Below are positions 62,299 to 64,000 of a stretch of DNA of 64,000 nucleotides, piece after piece. This stretch comes from Euglena gracilis. Taxonomy: Eukaryota. The position numbers and the translations under genes were made by a program. The notes under the pieces were generated by a model. The model was given only the letters and a program-made list of their open reading frames with translations, ran no database searches and was not told where the DNA came from. Numbering within the stretch: position 1 is the first letter of the stretch; each line of letters begins with the position of its first letter. The stretch covers positions 32,713,455 through 32,777,454 of the forward strand of contig CP154954.1 in the NCBI GenBank assembly GCA_039621445.1, in the 5' to 3' direction.

Positions 62299-64000
62299 GT
62301 CCAAAACGATCCGCTGCACTGGCAGGGGGGAGGAAATGCGTTTCGCATTTTTTTTTTTTTTTTTTTTTTTTTTTGGGAAAAAATTGTTTTTTTTTCGCAT
62401 TTTTTCGATTTTTTCGCGCATTTTTTTGCATCTTAAGAATTTCTGGCTTTTTTTATATGTTGCAGTTTCATTTTGGCTTTTTTGATTTTGATTGTATATT
62501 ATCAAATTGCTCTTTGACCAATGTTGTATTGACGCTGAGTTATGTTGTTTGATTTGTGCTCTGTTCTGCCCCTTTTTGAAAGAATTTTTTGGCGCATTTT
62601 TTCCATTTTCCCACTTTTTTTTACACTTTTGGAGGCATTTTGTCCATATTCAAAAAAAAAGCTTTGGGTGATGAGGTGTGGGTATTCATCCAATGATGAT
62701 GAGGACACTAGGGTTTTCAGAGATCGAATCCTACTCCCCTGGTCACAAGTAAGAGGCACCATGGCTGACATTGTTGGTTATGGTGAATAGAGAGTGACGC
62801 CTTGCTCATGCATTTTTTTTGGCCAAAAATGCCTTTTAAGTCTTTTTTCCATTAGGAATGTACAAACTCAGCGCATTTTTTGCGCATTTTTTCCGAGGGC
62901 CGCCCAGCGCATTCCCCCCCCCCCTGCACTGGTTCAGAAGAAAGGAAGGTGATAAATGAAAAGAAAGCCGGGCAATCGTGTGGAACGGATATACCTGAAA
63001 TGGGTGTGGTGTTCATGGTGCCCATTTTTGTGCGGTGGTTGCTGCGTGTGGTGGCACCACACCGTGGTGGAGTGGTCTTCGTCATGCTTGCGATTGCTGT
63101 CCGGAGACAGTTGGCAGGGTATGAACCATTGGGATGGGCCCCCGGCAGTGTTTCCAGCTCACATCTTGTCTTCGACCCTGGACGCCAAGGGTGTGCTGCC
63201 TGCTTCGCTTTCTTGTCTCATTCTGGGTTGAAGCTGAAAAATGGGGGGGGGATCCATAAATGTCCTATTTTGGGCAAAATTAAGAGTTTGAAGTGAGAAA
63301 TCCCAGATTGCCTTCTTGGCTTGCAAATCCCAAAATGATCCACACACCATTTGGGGTTTATAAATGGCAGGGTTGTGGCGTGGAACAAACAATGTGTGCA
63401 TTCTTGGGGGTGAAGTGGAAATTAAACAACACGCAAAAAAACAATATTTTTTGTTCTGTTTTGTCATTGCTTTGTTCTTTGGACGCTTTCGCCCATCCAT
63501 CCAGGTGATTGGTTTGTCAAACAGTGTTGTGGTTTGTCCATCGTGGAAAGAGTTTTTGAACATCCGATTTGAATCAGCCAATTCCCTTCTCGCAGGGCAC
63601 ATTGGTGAAGGGAGCCCGTCGCAAGCAAGCTGAGTCACCGGGGCAGGCGTTCTTTTGATGACAAAGGGCGGATAGAGGTGTAGCAAAGCTCGGCGCCCAC
63701 TGGCAAATTCACCCCCGCCCCAACTGACACGGGTGGGGGTGCCTTTTTTTTCCAAGGGAGATGGTCAGAATGGGTGAATTTTTTAGTGGGCTGTCCCCCC
63801 CCCCCCCCCGGCCTCATCCCTCCACCCTCGTCGCCCCCCTCTTCCCCGTGTTAACGATAGTTCATTTTTCCATGTTTCATTGCTCTTGAATGTTTTTGAA
63901 GTGTCTATTTTTGGCTATGCCCACAGGCCATTTTCATGTTTTTTTCTGCAAAGAATTTTTCCCTTTTTTGACCCACAAGTGACCCAATATTATTTCCAGC

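Overview
Eukaryotic nuclear DNA that looks euglenid. Most introns are non-GT-AG stem-forming introns with CAR at +4..+6 and YTG at -8..-6, mixed with conventional GT(GTGC)-AG introns. Four + strand genes can be assembled by hand: two tandem paralogous two-RRM/RGG RNA-binding genes (603-12961, 16856-19862), an Enhancer-of-polycomb-like gene (~24.6-32.3 kb) and a Misato/Dml1 tubulin-like gene (35087 to beyond 62298). Introns and intergenic DNA are packed with nested non-autonomous DNA transposons, mostly hAT-like (CAG...CTG ends, 8-bp TSD). Main observation: the nonconventional splice sites lie 3 nt outside the CAG and 5 nt outside the CTG. That totals 8 nt, one hAT TSD, so splicing would restore the pre-insertion sequence exactly. 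Introns found in only one RRM paralog carry MITE-like ends, and one retains a 7/8 TSD. Second observation: a ~21 kb Misato intron hosts a tandemly duplicated array of candidate box C/D and AGA-box guide snoRNAs. All gene models and alignments are by eye and have no transcript support; most ORFs in the supplied track are spurious.
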